Shown piece after piece: positions 9,872 through 20,582 of a stretch of DNA of 64,000 nucleotides. A program made the translations under genes and the position numbers. This DNA comes from a virus: the IMG/VR virus record IMGVR_UViG_3300046616_000188; one strand, 5' to 3'. The notes below the pieces were generated by a model, which had not been told where the DNA came from, made no database searches, and saw only the letters and a program-made list of their open reading frames with translations. Each line of letters starts with the position of its first letter. Position 1 is the stretch's first letter.

Positions 9872-10773
9872 GGAGGAAGTGATATGAAATTTCTCATAGT
9901 TTACGTCTTGATCGCAGTCGGAACAGGCTCTGGATATGATAAAATTTACAGAGAACATTGCCCGAATGACAAGTTCACTTTCGGCCCTATCTTGGCCGGA
10001 ATGGTGTGGCCCATTTTCGCTGGCCTAGCTATTTCCAAAATCACTTCAGGTGAAACATCTGTGAGCGATGTTGAGTGCGGTAATAAATTTTAAATAGGAG
10101 GAAATCATGAGACTGAACAAGCGTTGGACCACGGCTCATCTCATGAATGAAGCCTTTAAGCACAAAGATAAATTTTATGAAATTAACGTTGGCGAAGAAA
10201 CCCTTAGCTGCGAACTTCATCCAAACACTTTGGATGTGACGTGGCGGCATAATTATAGATATGCCGATGAGGGTGAAATCGCTAACGTGCTGGCTCGTTG
10301 GGCCGTAGAGGGAGTTTGACTTGAACAGGGAAGAACTTAGAGCAAAGCTTGAAGAGGTTTTGTACGACAATGTCTCATCGTCCTATGACTGCGACCGGGT
10401 TTGGTCCGCATGGAGCTATGGCACGATGAGAAGCAGCGATTTCTACCCTCTTGAAGATAGGGTGCCAGAGATTGTTGAGGCAATGCTTATCGCCGTGTTA
10501 GGAGAAAGTAATGCCAAGCTATAAGCCTGTGGTACGGGGTAAAGCCTCGGTCTGTAATTGGGATTTGAGGGTCAGGTTCCGCACCAAGGAACAAGTCAAG
10601 AAAGCGATCCACTACCTCCTTGAAATGGATATAGATATTGACTTTTCCCTCACATTTGAGCTAGGTGACAGCGACACGGCTAATACTTACATAATTGATA
10701 TAGACAGCATGTCGTGGGCCAATAATCTAATTGATGTTGCCAAAATCTTTAAAAAAGTTGATTACCAATACGA

Positions 10774-11805
10774 TTGAGAGAGGTTTACGTGGCAAAAACG
10801 ACTGGACTTATTGTAATTTCTGGACTTCTACCGACACGTGGCCATCAGTATCTCATTGATTTCGCATCTAATTTTGCTGATCAACTTCACGTCATTGTCT
10901 GCATCAGGTCATTTGAACCTGCCCTAACCCTTGACAGGGCAGAAGTCTTGGCACGGCATTACGCCAGAACCAATGTCACGGTGCATGAGCATTACGCCGA
11001 TGACGCGCCACAGAACGATGACGGCACGCCAGAATTTTGGGCCTATTGGTCGAATCTTGTAGACCGTGCCATCACTAAGCGGACCAAGATCGACTATCTG
11101 TTTGCCTCTGAGCATTACGGCGCTAGGTTTGCCGAAGCGCTTGGCGTCACGTTTATTCCAGTCGATATCGGCAGGGAAATTCTTAGTGTCACAGGGACAA
11201 GTGTGAGACGAAATCTGGCTGAGAATTTTAAATATATTCTGCCAGAATATCAGACTAAACTGTCCAAAACTATCTGCATGTTCGGCCAAGAGAGTGTGGG
11301 TAAAACCACTATGGCGAAATGGCTCGCCGCTAAGCTGGAAGGCCGTTGGATTCATGAATGGGCTAGGCCGTATCTCGAAGAAATCGGCGCTGAAGTCACT
11401 GACGAAAAAATGTTAAACATTGTTCGTGGCCAATTCGCAGCCATGGTTTCTGCTCCTAAATCCCTGTTTAATATAAGAGATACCGATCTCTTGTCCACAA
11501 TCGGTTACTACAAAATTTATGGCGGTAAGGTTCCTAAAGAACTTTATGAAAATTTTAACTTGACAAAGAGCGATCTTTATGTCATGTTAAATGACAATAT
11601 CCCATTCGAAGCTGATCCTTTGAGATATGGCGGCGATAAGAGGGAAAGTACGATGCAGTTCTGGATCGATCTACTCGATGAGTATGACTGCAAATATCAT
11701 GTCGTAGAAAATACAGACATTTTGAAACAGCGAAAAGAAGTTGTCGAAGCTGTTTATGATTTTTTCACCGATCTTCGTGAAATAGAAGAATTCGTTCGAG
11801 ATTAA
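10774..11805 (+). CDS. nadR: NadR-like bifunctional NMN adenylyltransferase / ribosylnicotinamide kinase
   Basis: N-terminal (T/H)xGH motif PTRGH, FASEHYG, VTGTSVR; C-terminal P-loop GQESVGKTT, EWARPY, RDTD, DPLRYG. Confidence 0.88.
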   Translation: MREVYVAKTTGLIVISGLLPTRGHQYLIDFASNFADQLHVIVCIRSFEPALTLDRAEVLARHYARTNVTVHEHYADDAPQNDDGTPEFWAYWSNLVDRAITKRTKIDYLFASEHYGARFAEALGVTFIPVDIGREILSVTGTSVRRNLAENFKYILPEYQTKLSKTICMFGQESVGKTTMAKWLAAKLEGRWIHEWARPYLEEIGAEVTDEKMLNIVRGQFAAMVSAPKSLFNIRDTDLLSTIGYYKIYGGKVPKELYENFNLTKSDLYVMLNDNIPFEADPLRYGGDKRESTMQFWIDLLDEYDCKYHVVENTDILKQRKEVVEAVYDFFTDLREIEEFVRD

Positions 11806-11814
11806 GGGACTAGA

Positions 11815-12003
11815 ATGTCTAACTATGCACTTTTCTTCATGTGGCTGAAAATGTTCTTCACCGATTTGGTGTGGCTATTCGGCCTGTCTTACGGGCTGTA
11901 TTTTTTGGCCAGCATCTTCCATCCCGGAATTTTAATTTTTGTCGCGTCGGTTTTTATAGCGTCGGCGGCATACAGTTCCGTAACACGGTTCTATCAACAC
12001 TAA
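11815..12003 (+). CDS. small two-TM membrane protein
   Basis: 62 aa, hydrophobic, with RBS. Confidence 0.55.
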   Translation: MSNYALFFMWLKMFFTDLVWLFGLSYGLYFLASIFHPGILIFVASVFIASAAYSSVTRFYQH

Positions 12004-12012
12004 GGAACTAAA

Positions 12013-12429
12013 ATGACTATCAACTACAAATGGCTGACGTTTAATTGCGTTTCACTATTCGTCTTGGCCTTTCTGGTCAATTACTATGACGCAGCTACGT
12101 TCATTTGGACCAAGGATAAAACGCATATCACCCTAGTAATTCTGTCTCTCTATGCAGCTTGTTCAGCCTATCTAGGCTACAAGGGCGGCGAGCCGGAAGC
12201 CATGAAAAAGGTTAGGTTCCACCTGAATCGTTTCACTATGCTAGGACTTATGGGCACGATGGCTGGCCTAATCCTGATGTTCTTCGGCGCATCCGACTTG
12301 GACGCTTTCAGGCAGAATATTCTTTCTGAGGTTGGCCCGGTATTCCTCACTGGCTTGTTCGGCATTTCCGCGAGCTACATCCTCGATTATCAAATCGCGC
12401 TATGCTTTGGTAATTACGACGAAGCGTAA
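12013..12429 (+). CDS. MotA/TolQ/ExbB proton-channel family protein
   Basis: Four TMs; FTMLGLMGTMAGLILMF and FLTGLFGISASYIL match the last two helices of the family. Confidence 0.75.
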   Translation: MTINYKWLTFNCVSLFVLAFLVNYYDAATFIWTKDKTHITLVILSLYAACSAYLGYKGGEPEAMKKVRFHLNRFTMLGLMGTMAGLILMFFGASDLDAFRQNILSEVGPVFLTGLFGISASYILDYQIALCFGNYDEA

Positions 12430-12449
12430 CTTTTGAAAGGAAGAGCCTA

Positions 12450-13037
12450 ATGAAAGGCCCTGTCAAAATCGCATACATTGACGTTCTATCATGCCTAGTA
12501 GTAGTGCTCTTAGTAGTGGTTATCTTCTCCACACCAAAAAAAGAAGAATCTAAAGGAAATATCATCGATCCGAGTCAGTACCTAATCGAAATGACTTGGA
12601 CCGACGATTCGCCTAATGATATTGATTTGTGGGTCGCCAATCCCAATAATCAAATTGCCTATTTCGGAACTAGAGAAATTGGCGGCATGACACTGGACAC
12701 AGACAATTTAGGCATCGGAAACACTTATATCACCGATAGCGCCGGTAACACCGTCGTTAATAAGACTAGAAGAGAAGTTGCAAGTATTAGAACGCCTATC
12801 GCTGGAACTTACACAGTTAATGTTTTGCTTTACGGAAATCGTAACAACAAGCCAGAAACTATTAGAGTAAGAGTTTTCAAACTTAATCCTTATAAAGATG
12901 TAATTGAAAAGGAAGTAATTTTGGAAACTCAGATGCAGGAAACCACGATAGTCCAATTCGATATTGACAAAGATGGTAAATTCCTGAGCAAGTCTGAAAG
13001 TGAACAAGTTTCTCTAATGGCAAAGTTAAAACCATGA
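12450..13037 (+). CDS. ExbD/MotB-like single-TM protein with YfaP/DUF2135-like extracytoplasmic domain
   Basis: TM begins AYIDVL (conserved-Asp position); then MTW...DIDLWVANP...YFG...GMTLDTD...YTVNV. Confidence 0.6.
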   Translation: MKGPVKIAYIDVLSCLVVVLLVVVIFSTPKKEESKGNIIDPSQYLIEMTWTDDSPNDIDLWVANPNNQIAYFGTREIGGMTLDTDNLGIGNTYITDSAGNTVVNKTRREVASIRTPIAGTYTVNVLLYGNRNNKPETIRVRVFKLNPYKDVIEKEVILETQMQETTIVQFDIDKDGKFLSKSESEQVSLMAKLKP

Positions 13038-13510
13038 TCATTACCTTTATTATCGCTTTAGGTCTAGTTCTTCTCACGATCTTTGTAGGTTTCCGGTATA
13101 GTTGGAAAGCCTCACTAGCCGTTCTAATTCCTCTGCTTTATGTAGGGTATTGGACCTTATCTATTCAAGTTCCTAAATATTTTGGCTATGCCCTGCCCCT
13201 CAATTTTGCCGAATTAAACAATCAAGCAAGATTTATTAGCGGCTTTGAAGGAAAAGATGCAATTTACATCCTCCTGCTAGAGAAGGGTGACACTCAGCCT
13301 AGACTGATCAGCATCCCTAACACGGCGAAGAATAAACAAACTTTTTATGACCTTCAAAAACAGTCCAAGGCCGGTAAAAGTGCAGTGCTCCGCAAATCTA
13401 AAAAGACAGGCGCGACGGACAGAGAAGGTCAAGGTCCTGACTCAGAAAGCGATATTGAAGGCGTCGAGCTTAAAGACCAAGACATCATTCAGAAAGGCGC
13501 TGATCAGTGA
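13034..13510 (+). CDS. membrane-anchored protein, third gene of the MotA/ExbB-like operon
   Basis: Two N-terminal TMs; ATGA overlap with the upstream gene. Confidence 0.6.
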   Translation: MIITFIIALGLVLLTIFVGFRYSWKASLAVLIPLLYVGYWTLSIQVPKYFGYALPLNFAELNNQARFISGFEGKDAIYILLLEKGDTQPRLISIPNTAKNKQTFYDLQKQSKAGKSAVLRKSKKTGATDREGQGPDSESDIEGVELKDQDIIQKGADQ

Positions 13511-13931
13511 AACCACCTTATTTTGAAATTGAAAATTGTAAGTGCGAAGCCTATGTCCAAGAAATTGCAATTTGTTTTTTCTGGCGCAGATGGTACTGGA
13601 AGGCTAAGTTTTATTACGAAGGTGAATGCACTCCGTATGACATTTTCGATGGAACGGAAATGACTGAGGCAGAAGCCCTTGCCGCGATCCACGATAAATA
13701 TTCGGAGTTGTTTCCCGCAGATGACTAAGCCCGTAGTAGTTTACCAAGCCGGTGATGAGAAATATAGTATTCAAGTCGCCCTGAGCCGCCGTGACGGCAA
13801 GACATTCATCAGAGAATTTAAGCGCCATACCAGATTTGGCTCTAAGTGGGACGGCTGGCGTGAGACTTCCTTTCCCGAAGTCATTGCAATCGGTTTTTCC
13901 GAATTTAAACGAGTAGATAAGGAAGTGAAAA

Positions 13932-14207
13932 TTGTATTACCTTCTTCCTAGCCTCGCAGTTAATGGTTTATTTTTAATTTTCCTGATCGCAATAGCGGCC
14001 CGCAAGATGGGCAGCACACCATTGAACAAGGTGAGACACAAAGTTCGTGGCACAACATATGAAATTATCGGTTTCGCCACGGTCCAGACCGCAGATTCTT
14101 TAAAAGATGATGACAGGGTTTTTGTTTATCGCGACGTTGACGATGACGAGATGTATGTCAGACTGGACCGAGAATTTGCCGATGGAAGATTTGAAAAGGT
14201 AGATTGA
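13932..14207 (+). CDS. DUF1653-like SH3-fold protein
   Basis: VRHKVRGTTYEII...VFVYRD...MYVR...EF..GRF pattern. Confidence 0.5.
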   Translation: MYYLLPSLAVNGLFLIFLIAIAARKMGSTPLNKVRHKVRGTTYEIIGFATVQTADSLKDDDRVFVYRDVDDDEMYVRLDREFADGRFEKVD

Positions 14208-14701
14208 TGCCAAGTGTTACAAAAACTGGAATTTTAGTCAAAGCCGCTTTATCCGGCCAACGTGATAAAATGGGTGTCTCTAAACATGCTCATTGTGTCA
14301 GGGTTTACCACAACGCATTAAGACTTATTAAAGATTATAACATCACGGATGAAAAGATTATCGGTGACATCAAGCTTGTCGCATTGCTCCACGACATTCT
14401 TGAGGATAGCGATCTTACATCGAATGATCTTCATGTCTTCGGATATAGCAACGCTGTAATTGATGCGGTAGAGCTTGTTACGCATGAAACCGCTAAACAG
14501 ACTTATCCTCTGTATATCGATGATCTATGTGCCGCTGGCAATGTCGTTGCCCTTATTGCTAAACTGGCTGACAATCTAGATAATACGTCTGAGGAAAGAA
14601 GCGCTATGCTGCAACAACGATTTAGGGATTATCTTAACCGGAAGTATGCCGGGGTGAGACAGAAACTAGAAGCCGCGATTGAGAAAGCTTTAGATGTCTA
14701 A
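14204..14701 (+). CDS. HD-domain hydrolase, SpoT/Mesh1 (small alarmone hydrolase)-like
   Basis: HCVRV, ALLHDILEDS, AVELVTH, AKLADNLDN. Confidence 0.75.
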   Translation: MMPSVTKTGILVKAALSGQRDKMGVSKHAHCVRVYHNALRLIKDYNITDEKIIGDIKLVALLHDILEDSDLTSNDLHVFGYSNAVIDAVELVTHETAKQTYPLYIDDLCAAGNVVALIAKLADNLDNTSEERSAMLQQRFRDYLNRKYAGVRQKLEAAIEKALDV

Positions 14702-14906
14702 GGAAATTTCAAAAGAACTGGTAGAATATTTTCTGAGCCACGGTCCACTCAGCCCTTCTACCATACTTAAAATTTTTACTGATTTAAAATTTAATAAGAA
14801 ATTCGTTCAAACCTGTTTGCACATGGGACTTGATGCTGGTTACTGGCACTTAGACGAAAATATGCACCTAAAATTAGGTCCTTACGATTGAAAAAAGGAA
14901 ATAAAA

Positions 14907-15116
14907 ATGAACACTAATTCAAATAATAGTTCTACCAGATCAGGTGGAATAGGCTTTTTTGGCCTTCTCACTCTCCTATTCATCGCCCTTAAACTAACCG
15001 GTTCCATTACTTGGTCTTGGTTTTGGGTCCTGTCACCGCTATTTTTTGGCTTCGGCCTAGTTGCTGTGATTTTCGTGGTCGCATTTATTGCAGCGCTTGT
15101 CATAGTGAGCCGATAA
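14907..15116 (+). CDS. small membrane protein
   Basis: GGIGFFGLLTLLFIALKLTGSITWSWFWVLSP, a pattern common in phage membrane proteins. Confidence 0.7.
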   Translation: MNTNSNNSSTRSGGIGFFGLLTLLFIALKLTGSITWSWFWVLSPLFFGFGLVAVIFVVAFIAALVIVSR

Positions 15117-15445
15117 TGGACGTTAAAACACTGAGAGCTGAATGGGTCGCGGCGCTCCGATCCGGTGAGTATCATCAAGGAATTGGCGCGCTCTATAACC
15201 CTGAAACTGGCGGACATTGCTGCCTCGGCGTTGCGGGCAGGGTGATTGGAAAAAATGAAGTAAACCTTGTCATGGGTTCCGGTGAGTCCTACGCAGATAT
15301 TGCTAAGGCCTATGGCCTACGTAACGAATTGGGCCGTTATAATGAGGGCGAAGCGCTTTATATTCATAATGATGTTTACGGCTTGACTTTTTCGCAAATA
15401 GCGGATATTATCGAATCAGAACCTGAAGGTTTGTTTATCGATTAA
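15116..15445 (+). CDS. conserved-looking hypothetical phage protein
   Basis: WVAALRSGEYHQG...HCCLGV; TAATG coupling to the upstream gene. Confidence 0.6.
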   Translation: MDVKTLRAEWVAALRSGEYHQGIGALYNPETGGHCCLGVAGRVIGKNEVNLVMGSGESYADIAKAYGLRNELGRYNEGEALYIHNDVYGLTFSQIADIIESEPEGLFID

Positions 15446-16918
15446 AAGGAGGCTGTCATGATCGTTACCGCTCTTATCCTCTCTGCCAATATTCTTTTTG
15501 TCCACAACGGCGAAGTTAAGGTTGGTGAAGTGGTCAAAAGGTCCGGCTCCATCACTTATGTCAAGGATTGTGAAAATGAGTCCGCGATCTATAGAATGCC
15601 GGTCCCACGTGGTGAGATTGTTGGGGCGTATCGCGGCACTTGTGCCGACTTCCGAGAATTGAAGAGAGAGGTTGACCGAAGGTGAGTATTGAATTTTGGA
15701 GCCTTTTTGGCTGGTGGGTCTTTGTTGGTTTTTGTGAATATATCACCCTAGTATTGTTTGCTTTCATCGGATTTCCCCTTGGAGAAAAGTATTTCGGCCT
15801 AGGCGGCGTCATCGTAGCCGGTAATATTATTTATGTTTTATTGTTTGCCCTGCCAATTGCTTGGCTAATTTATGGCGGATATTTAATTGGTACTCAATTT
15901 TAACCTGAGACTAAGGCTTCGCATCTTTGTCAGCAAATGGGCGTACCCGTATTATGATTGTGAAGATTGCATAGGAATGATTCAACACGGCTGCTATTGT
16001 AACTATTACGCGGCTTATTCTCCCGGCCAAGGTCATATTCCTTGGTGGATCAAAATTCTAAGAAAGATTTAAAAGTTATGGAAATTATAATTGTTGACGC
16101 AGATGATTGGCAAGGCCTATACATCAACGGCGTCTTGACCTGTCAAGGCCATAGCATCACTGCGGCTGATGTCGCGGAAGAGATTATCGAGAGACTTCCT
16201 CGCCTCAATATGACATTTGACGTTAAAGAAGTAAATTCTAAGTGGATGGAAAACCGATCCGACTTGCCCACAGAACTTGAGAAGGTTAAATTTTTAAATG
16301 ATTGAACTTATTAATGAAATTGATCGACTAAGTTACGAACTTACCAAGGCGCAGCGAGAGCTAAACGCAAAGGCTAGGGAAGAAAATATTACCGGCGTGC
16401 TGGATAATGTAACGTTCCAACTCAGCAAGTATGACGCTCGTTATCCGAACCTAGCTGGTGCGATCCGTTACGACCGCAAGGGAAGATTTTACCCCGGCGA
16501 TCCAATCTCCACGAGCCGATTGAAGAGCGTTTATGTCAAGGATGGCAGAACGTATGCTCAAACAACATATTCACTTTATGAATTGATTGGCTTCGATCCT
16601 AGCGATATTCCAGAGGATTTTAAGTATGCCTTCGAAGACGTTTGATAAGGAAGAATTAAGACTGGTGATTTGGGAAGATTCTGAATCACTCGAACTGATC
16701 GAAGACAATATTAGTGATACGGGTCGTTGGTCCGTACATCATGAAATGGTGTTTCGAGACACGGAAGATGGTAGATTTTATCGGACCCATTATTCAGTAG
16801 GTGCGACGGAGCAGCAAGACGAATACCCGTTCGAATATGACGGCGATGAAATCAGCTGTGTCGAGGTCGAGCCTGTAGAAGTTAAAGTTATTTCGTATGA
16901 GAAAGTAAAGGATTAAAA

Positions 16919-17059
16919 ATGTCTAAAATTAACGAAACCCGCACTGAGAAAATGAAGAAGAAGTCAACTGAAGAGCTTAAGGCAATTATTCAGAGCGGCA
17001 GTCTAAGTTCGGCTGCGGCTGAATATGAAATGCAACGTAGAATGAAGGGCGGGAAATAA
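16919..17059 (+). CDS. 46-aa basic hypothetical protein
   Basis: Manual translation MSKINETRTEKMKKKSTEELK...MKGGK; below the ORF-track length cutoff. Confidence 0.5.
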   Translation: MSKINETRTEKMKKKSTEELKAIIQSGSLSSAAAEYEMQRRMKGGK

Positions 17060-17100
17060 TTCCCTCACTGACACATTAAACAACTGAAAAGGAATTTGAA

Positions 17101-17250
17101 ATGTTTACACTGATTTTTGATCTTGCCATCCTCGCCGCACTCGGTTATGCTGGCTATACCGCTTATACCACCTATGTAGAACGCGGCAATTCTGTCTCCC
17201 CTCTCGATGAATACTTCGGGGCTTTCTGGAAGAAGCTTCTCCGTAAGTAA
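17101..17250 (+). CDS. 49-aa single-TM protein
   Basis: MFTLIFDLAILAALGYAGYTAY...WKKLLRK with AAGGA RBS. Confidence 0.55.
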   Translation: MFTLIFDLAILAALGYAGYTAYTTYVERGNSVSPLDEYFGAFWKKLLRK

Positions 17251-17272
17251 TTAAATCGCTGATATTACTTAT

Positions 17273-17312
17273 AAAAGTCCTGTCAAGCCATTGTCAGGAC
17301 TTTTTATTTTTT
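17273..17312 (+). terminator. rho-independent terminator
   Basis: AAAAGTCCTG...CAGGACTTTT stem followed by a long T run. Confidence 0.65.
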
Positions 17313-17332
17313 TAAAATGGATCACGAAAGTA

Positions 17333-17361
17333 TTGACTTTCTTGGTTTTTTGTGCCATATA
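17333..17361 (+). promoter_or_regulatory. sigma70-type promoter of the primase-helicase gene
   Basis: TTGACT-N17-CATATA with TGn. Confidence 0.5.
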
Positions 17362-17384
17362 ACAAGCATGTGAAAAAAGGCATA

Positions 17385-20300
17385 ATGATGAAGATTACTG
17401 AAGACGAGCTTGAAAGGCTTGTTGCTGGTTTATTTGGTGACGGTCTTACTCAAGGCAATATTGAATTCTTTAATGAAAAAGACGACGTTTTACAGACCCG
17501 CGATCTAGATGAAGTTATTGACTTCGATCCCACGCACATCAGCTTAGAAACGACAGATGGTGAGCTTGTAGGCTTTGGCCTTCCCGTAGATGAGGTTCCG
17601 GCCCACTATCCCGCGCCTTCGGCACAAGGCGGCGGCTTGAAGCTGTGGTTCTATGAAAGCCCGGTTGATTGCGACCTCCTGCCCCAATATGGAAATCCCA
17701 TTGTTGAAATTCCTTTGATTTCATATCAGATCAATGGGGATAATTTCTACGAGACGTTTGATTTTGACGAAGTGAGTGAAACATCAACTCTCGTGTCTAG
17801 AATCGACAGGACAAGGCCTGTAACCTTCGCCATGGCTCCGCAAGCCGCGATGAAAAAGGGCGGCTGGAAGAACGTCGAAGGTACGCTCGGTGACGTAATC
17901 GATATGCTTACGCTGCACCAAGAAGGCAAGAAGGATGGAGCTTGCTTTGTTCAGGGTGAATTAGCCGGTGCGGATCGTGCCGCTAAAGCCATGATCAAAA
18001 ATTATCTAATTGGCTTCGACCTAGATACTGGCGAAACTGCGGAAGAAATTGACGCGAGACTTGCCGAAACAGGACTGGCATATGTCAGATATACGACTCA
18101 TTCTCATATGAAAGATACGTCTGAAATAAAGCGTGATGCTTATTTTAGATGGAGTGAAAGAGACGCGTCTAAGAACGTAGATGTAAACCTCCTGAGAAAA
18201 TACTTGATCTCGGATCGTGGATTCATCCCTCGTGTCGTGGAAAAACTTGAAATTTTAGAAGATGCAAAAGTTTCTGAGGAAGGAACTATTACGCTTATCA
18301 GGCATCAACAAATGCCTAAGCATCGTATCATTTTCTTTCTCTCAGAACCTTTCGTGTTTCAGGGCCAAGCTAATCAGAACGTCGAGATTAAGGCGTGGAA
18401 AGAGCATTACCACGGCCTAGGCATTGAGCTAGGCTTCGTCTACGACCCTTCTTGTACCGATCCGGCCCGTTTGTTCTACCTCCCGCGCCACGCCAAGGAT
18501 GCGCCTTTTGAAACCCGTTTCGTAGACGGAGATTATGTTGATCTTCGAACCTACGCTCGTGCCGAAATCAAACGCAGAGATAAGGCTAAAGAAGGCAATC
18601 AATTTCAAGACGCGGGTAAATCTCTAGGTGCCACGAGTGAAGGCCTTTTCGTAAATGGTTACAATCTCAAGCGTTGGGTAGTGACCCGCGACTGTGAAAT
18701 TGTCGATCTCATCGAAGAGTTTTATCCAGATGCGATCAGAACGCCTCGTACCAATGGCCCCGGTTTCCATATCGAATGCCCATTCGAAGATGAGCATACC
18801 AAGGCTGGCGGCTTAGGCACTTATGCCATCAATGCATCTGACGGGGATAAAGGATTCCACGTTCATTGTACTCACAATTCTTGCCATGGTCGTAATAAAT
18901 TAGAATATGTCCAGAGAATGGTTGAACTGGAATGGTTCACCGTTGATGATATTCAGGACGAACGCTTCTGCCCAAGTCTTATCAAAGAAGATGAGGATGA
19001 AGATGAAGCCCCGGCTGAAAAGAAGTACGAAAAATTTGACATTAATGAATTGATTGACTCTTTGTCACAGAAAAGTGATAAGGATGATGTAATTGATGCT
19101 GTCAGAAAGATCGGTAAGACCGAAAATTTAGATGAAGATGATTTTGAAGCTTATGTCGCGAGAATAGCTCGAAAGACAAAGGTTCCGAAGAAAATTCTCA
19201 TGAAAAACGCTCCATCTAAATTTGAAGGAAGTGCGGAAGACAAAAATAAAAAACTTGACGAACTGGATAAAAGACTGCATAAATATAACGAAAGATACGC
19301 AATGGTGGATACTGGTTCAAAAGTAGTTATAATGGATTCTCATAAAAAAGATATGACATTTACAGGCCGTGACGACTGGAGAGCCTTGAAAGCCAATGAG
19401 AAGGTCTTGGTTCATGAAGGTAACGGCGAACCTAAGTTGGAACAAGTCTCCAAACTTTGGCTCGAATGGGAGCAGCGCCGCACCTACGAAGGCGTAACAT
19501 TTGACCCTCGCCCAACACCCGATCCGACAAAGTTTAATCTTTTCAATGGCTTCCATACCATTCCGAGAAAAGGCAATTGGGACAAACTTAAGCAGCACAT
19601 CTTCGAAGTCATGTGCCACAATAATGAAGAGCACTATTTGTGGATCATTACATGGCTGGCTCATATCGTGCAATTTCCTTGGGAAAAGAAGGGCTCAGCC
19701 ATTGTTGTTCGCGGCCTAAAAGGCGTCGGCAAGTCCATTGTTTTCACCATCTTCCAAGACATTATGGGCAAGTATGGTATGAGTTCGGCCAACGCATCTC
19801 ACATCACTGGCCAATTTAACTGGCACTTCAGAGACAAGCTTTTCATGATCGCTGAAGAAGGTTTGTTCGCCGGTAATTCCAGAGAAGATTCCATCCTAAA
19901 AGAACTGATCACCGGCTCATCACTGCTTATGGAACCTAAAGGCATTGATGCGTTCCAGATGGAAAACTACCTCAGAATCGTTATTATTTCTAACGAAGAA
20001 TGGGTCGTTAACGCTTCATCGGATGAGCGTCGTTACTTCGTAACGGAAGCCTCTTCCAAATATAAAGACAATATCGCTTATTTCAAGTCGATCATTGAGC
20101 AGATGGAAAGTGGCGGTAAAGAAGCGATGATGTACGATCTACTTCATTTCGAGCCTACGGCGGCTGAAGGTTGGGACATTCTGAGACGCCCTCCTAAGAC
20201 CGAAGCTTTGAGCCAGCAAGTCACTCAGTCAACTCCTGTGTGGGAAAAGTTCTTCATCAATCTCATTGAAAATATGGGCGTGGATGAAGCTGCGGGCGAC

Positions 20301-20582
20301 CTTGATAAGGTTGAACTGGATTACGGCGTAGAAAATTGGATCGATCCTAAAGTCTTGAGGCAGCATTATTATAACAGCCTGAAGACTTCTACTTCTAGAT
20401 ACAAGGCTGATCCCAAGACGTTCCAGAAACTGGCAGATACTTACTTGATGGCGAAATGGGTGAAAAGGAAGAGACAAGGCGGCGAGTTGTGGATGAAAGT
20501 ACCGCCGTTGGAAGATATTATAGACAACGTTAGAAATAAACTTAAAATTAAACTCGATATGATTAACATTACGGAAGAATAA
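17385..20582 (+). CDS. AEP-type primase/polymerase fused to Zn-binding domain and SF3 (D5/DUF5906) helicase
   Basis: IGFDLD, YTTHSH, KHRIIF, DPARLFYLP; CPF..EH...HCTHNSC; Walker A GLKGVGKS; IAEE; EPKG; DERRYFV. Confidence 0.85.
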   Translation: MMKITEDELERLVAGLFGDGLTQGNIEFFNEKDDVLQTRDLDEVIDFDPTHISLETTDGELVGFGLPVDEVPAHYPAPSAQGGGLKLWFYESPVDCDLLPQYGNPIVEIPLISYQINGDNFYETFDFDEVSETSTLVSRIDRTRPVTFAMAPQAAMKKGGWKNVEGTLGDVIDMLTLHQEGKKDGACFVQGELAGADRAAKAMIKNYLIGFDLDTGETAEEIDARLAETGLAYVRYTTHSHMKDTSEIKRDAYFRWSERDASKNVDVNLLRKYLISDRGFIPRVVEKLEILEDAKVSEEGTITLIRHQQMPKHRIIFFLSEPFVFQGQANQNVEIKAWKEHYHGLGIELGFVYDPSCTDPARLFYLPRHAKDAPFETRFVDGDYVDLRTYARAEIKRRDKAKEGNQFQDAGKSLGATSEGLFVNGYNLKRWVVTRDCEIVDLIEEFYPDAIRTPRTNGPGFHIECPFEDEHTKAGGLGTYAINASDGDKGFHVHCTHNSCHGRNKLEYVQRMVELEWFTVDDIQDERFCPSLIKEDEDEDEAPAEKKYEKFDINELIDSLSQKSDKDDVIDAVRKIGKTENLDEDDFEAYVARIARKTKVPKKILMKNAPSKFEGSAEDKNKKLDELDKRLHKYNERYAMVDTGSKVVIMDSHKKDMTFTGRDDWRALKANEKVLVHEGNGEPKLEQVSKLWLEWEQRRTYEGVTFDPRPTPDPTKFNLFNGFHTIPRKGNWDKLKQHIFEVMCHNNEEHYLWIITWLAHIVQFPWEKKGSAIVVRGLKGVGKSIVFTIFQDIMGKYGMSSANASHITGQFNWHFRDKLFMIAEEGLFAGNSREDSILKELITGSSLLMEPKGIDAFQMENYLRIVIISNEEWVVNASSDERRYFVTEASSKYKDNIAYFKSIIEQMESGGKEAMMYDLLHFEPTAAEGWDILRRPPKTEALSQQVTQSTPVWEKFFINLIENMGVDEAAGDLDKVELDYGVENWIDPKVLRQHYYNSLKTSTSRYKADPKTFQKLADTYLMAKWVKRKRQGGELWMKVPPLEDIIDNVRNKLKIKLDMINITEE

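Noticed and set aside
12013-13037. Zorya ZorAB defence system
   Set aside because: The MotA-like protein has no long cytoplasmic tail, the partner has no OmpA-like peptidoglycan-binding domain, and no ZorC/D/E genes are present.
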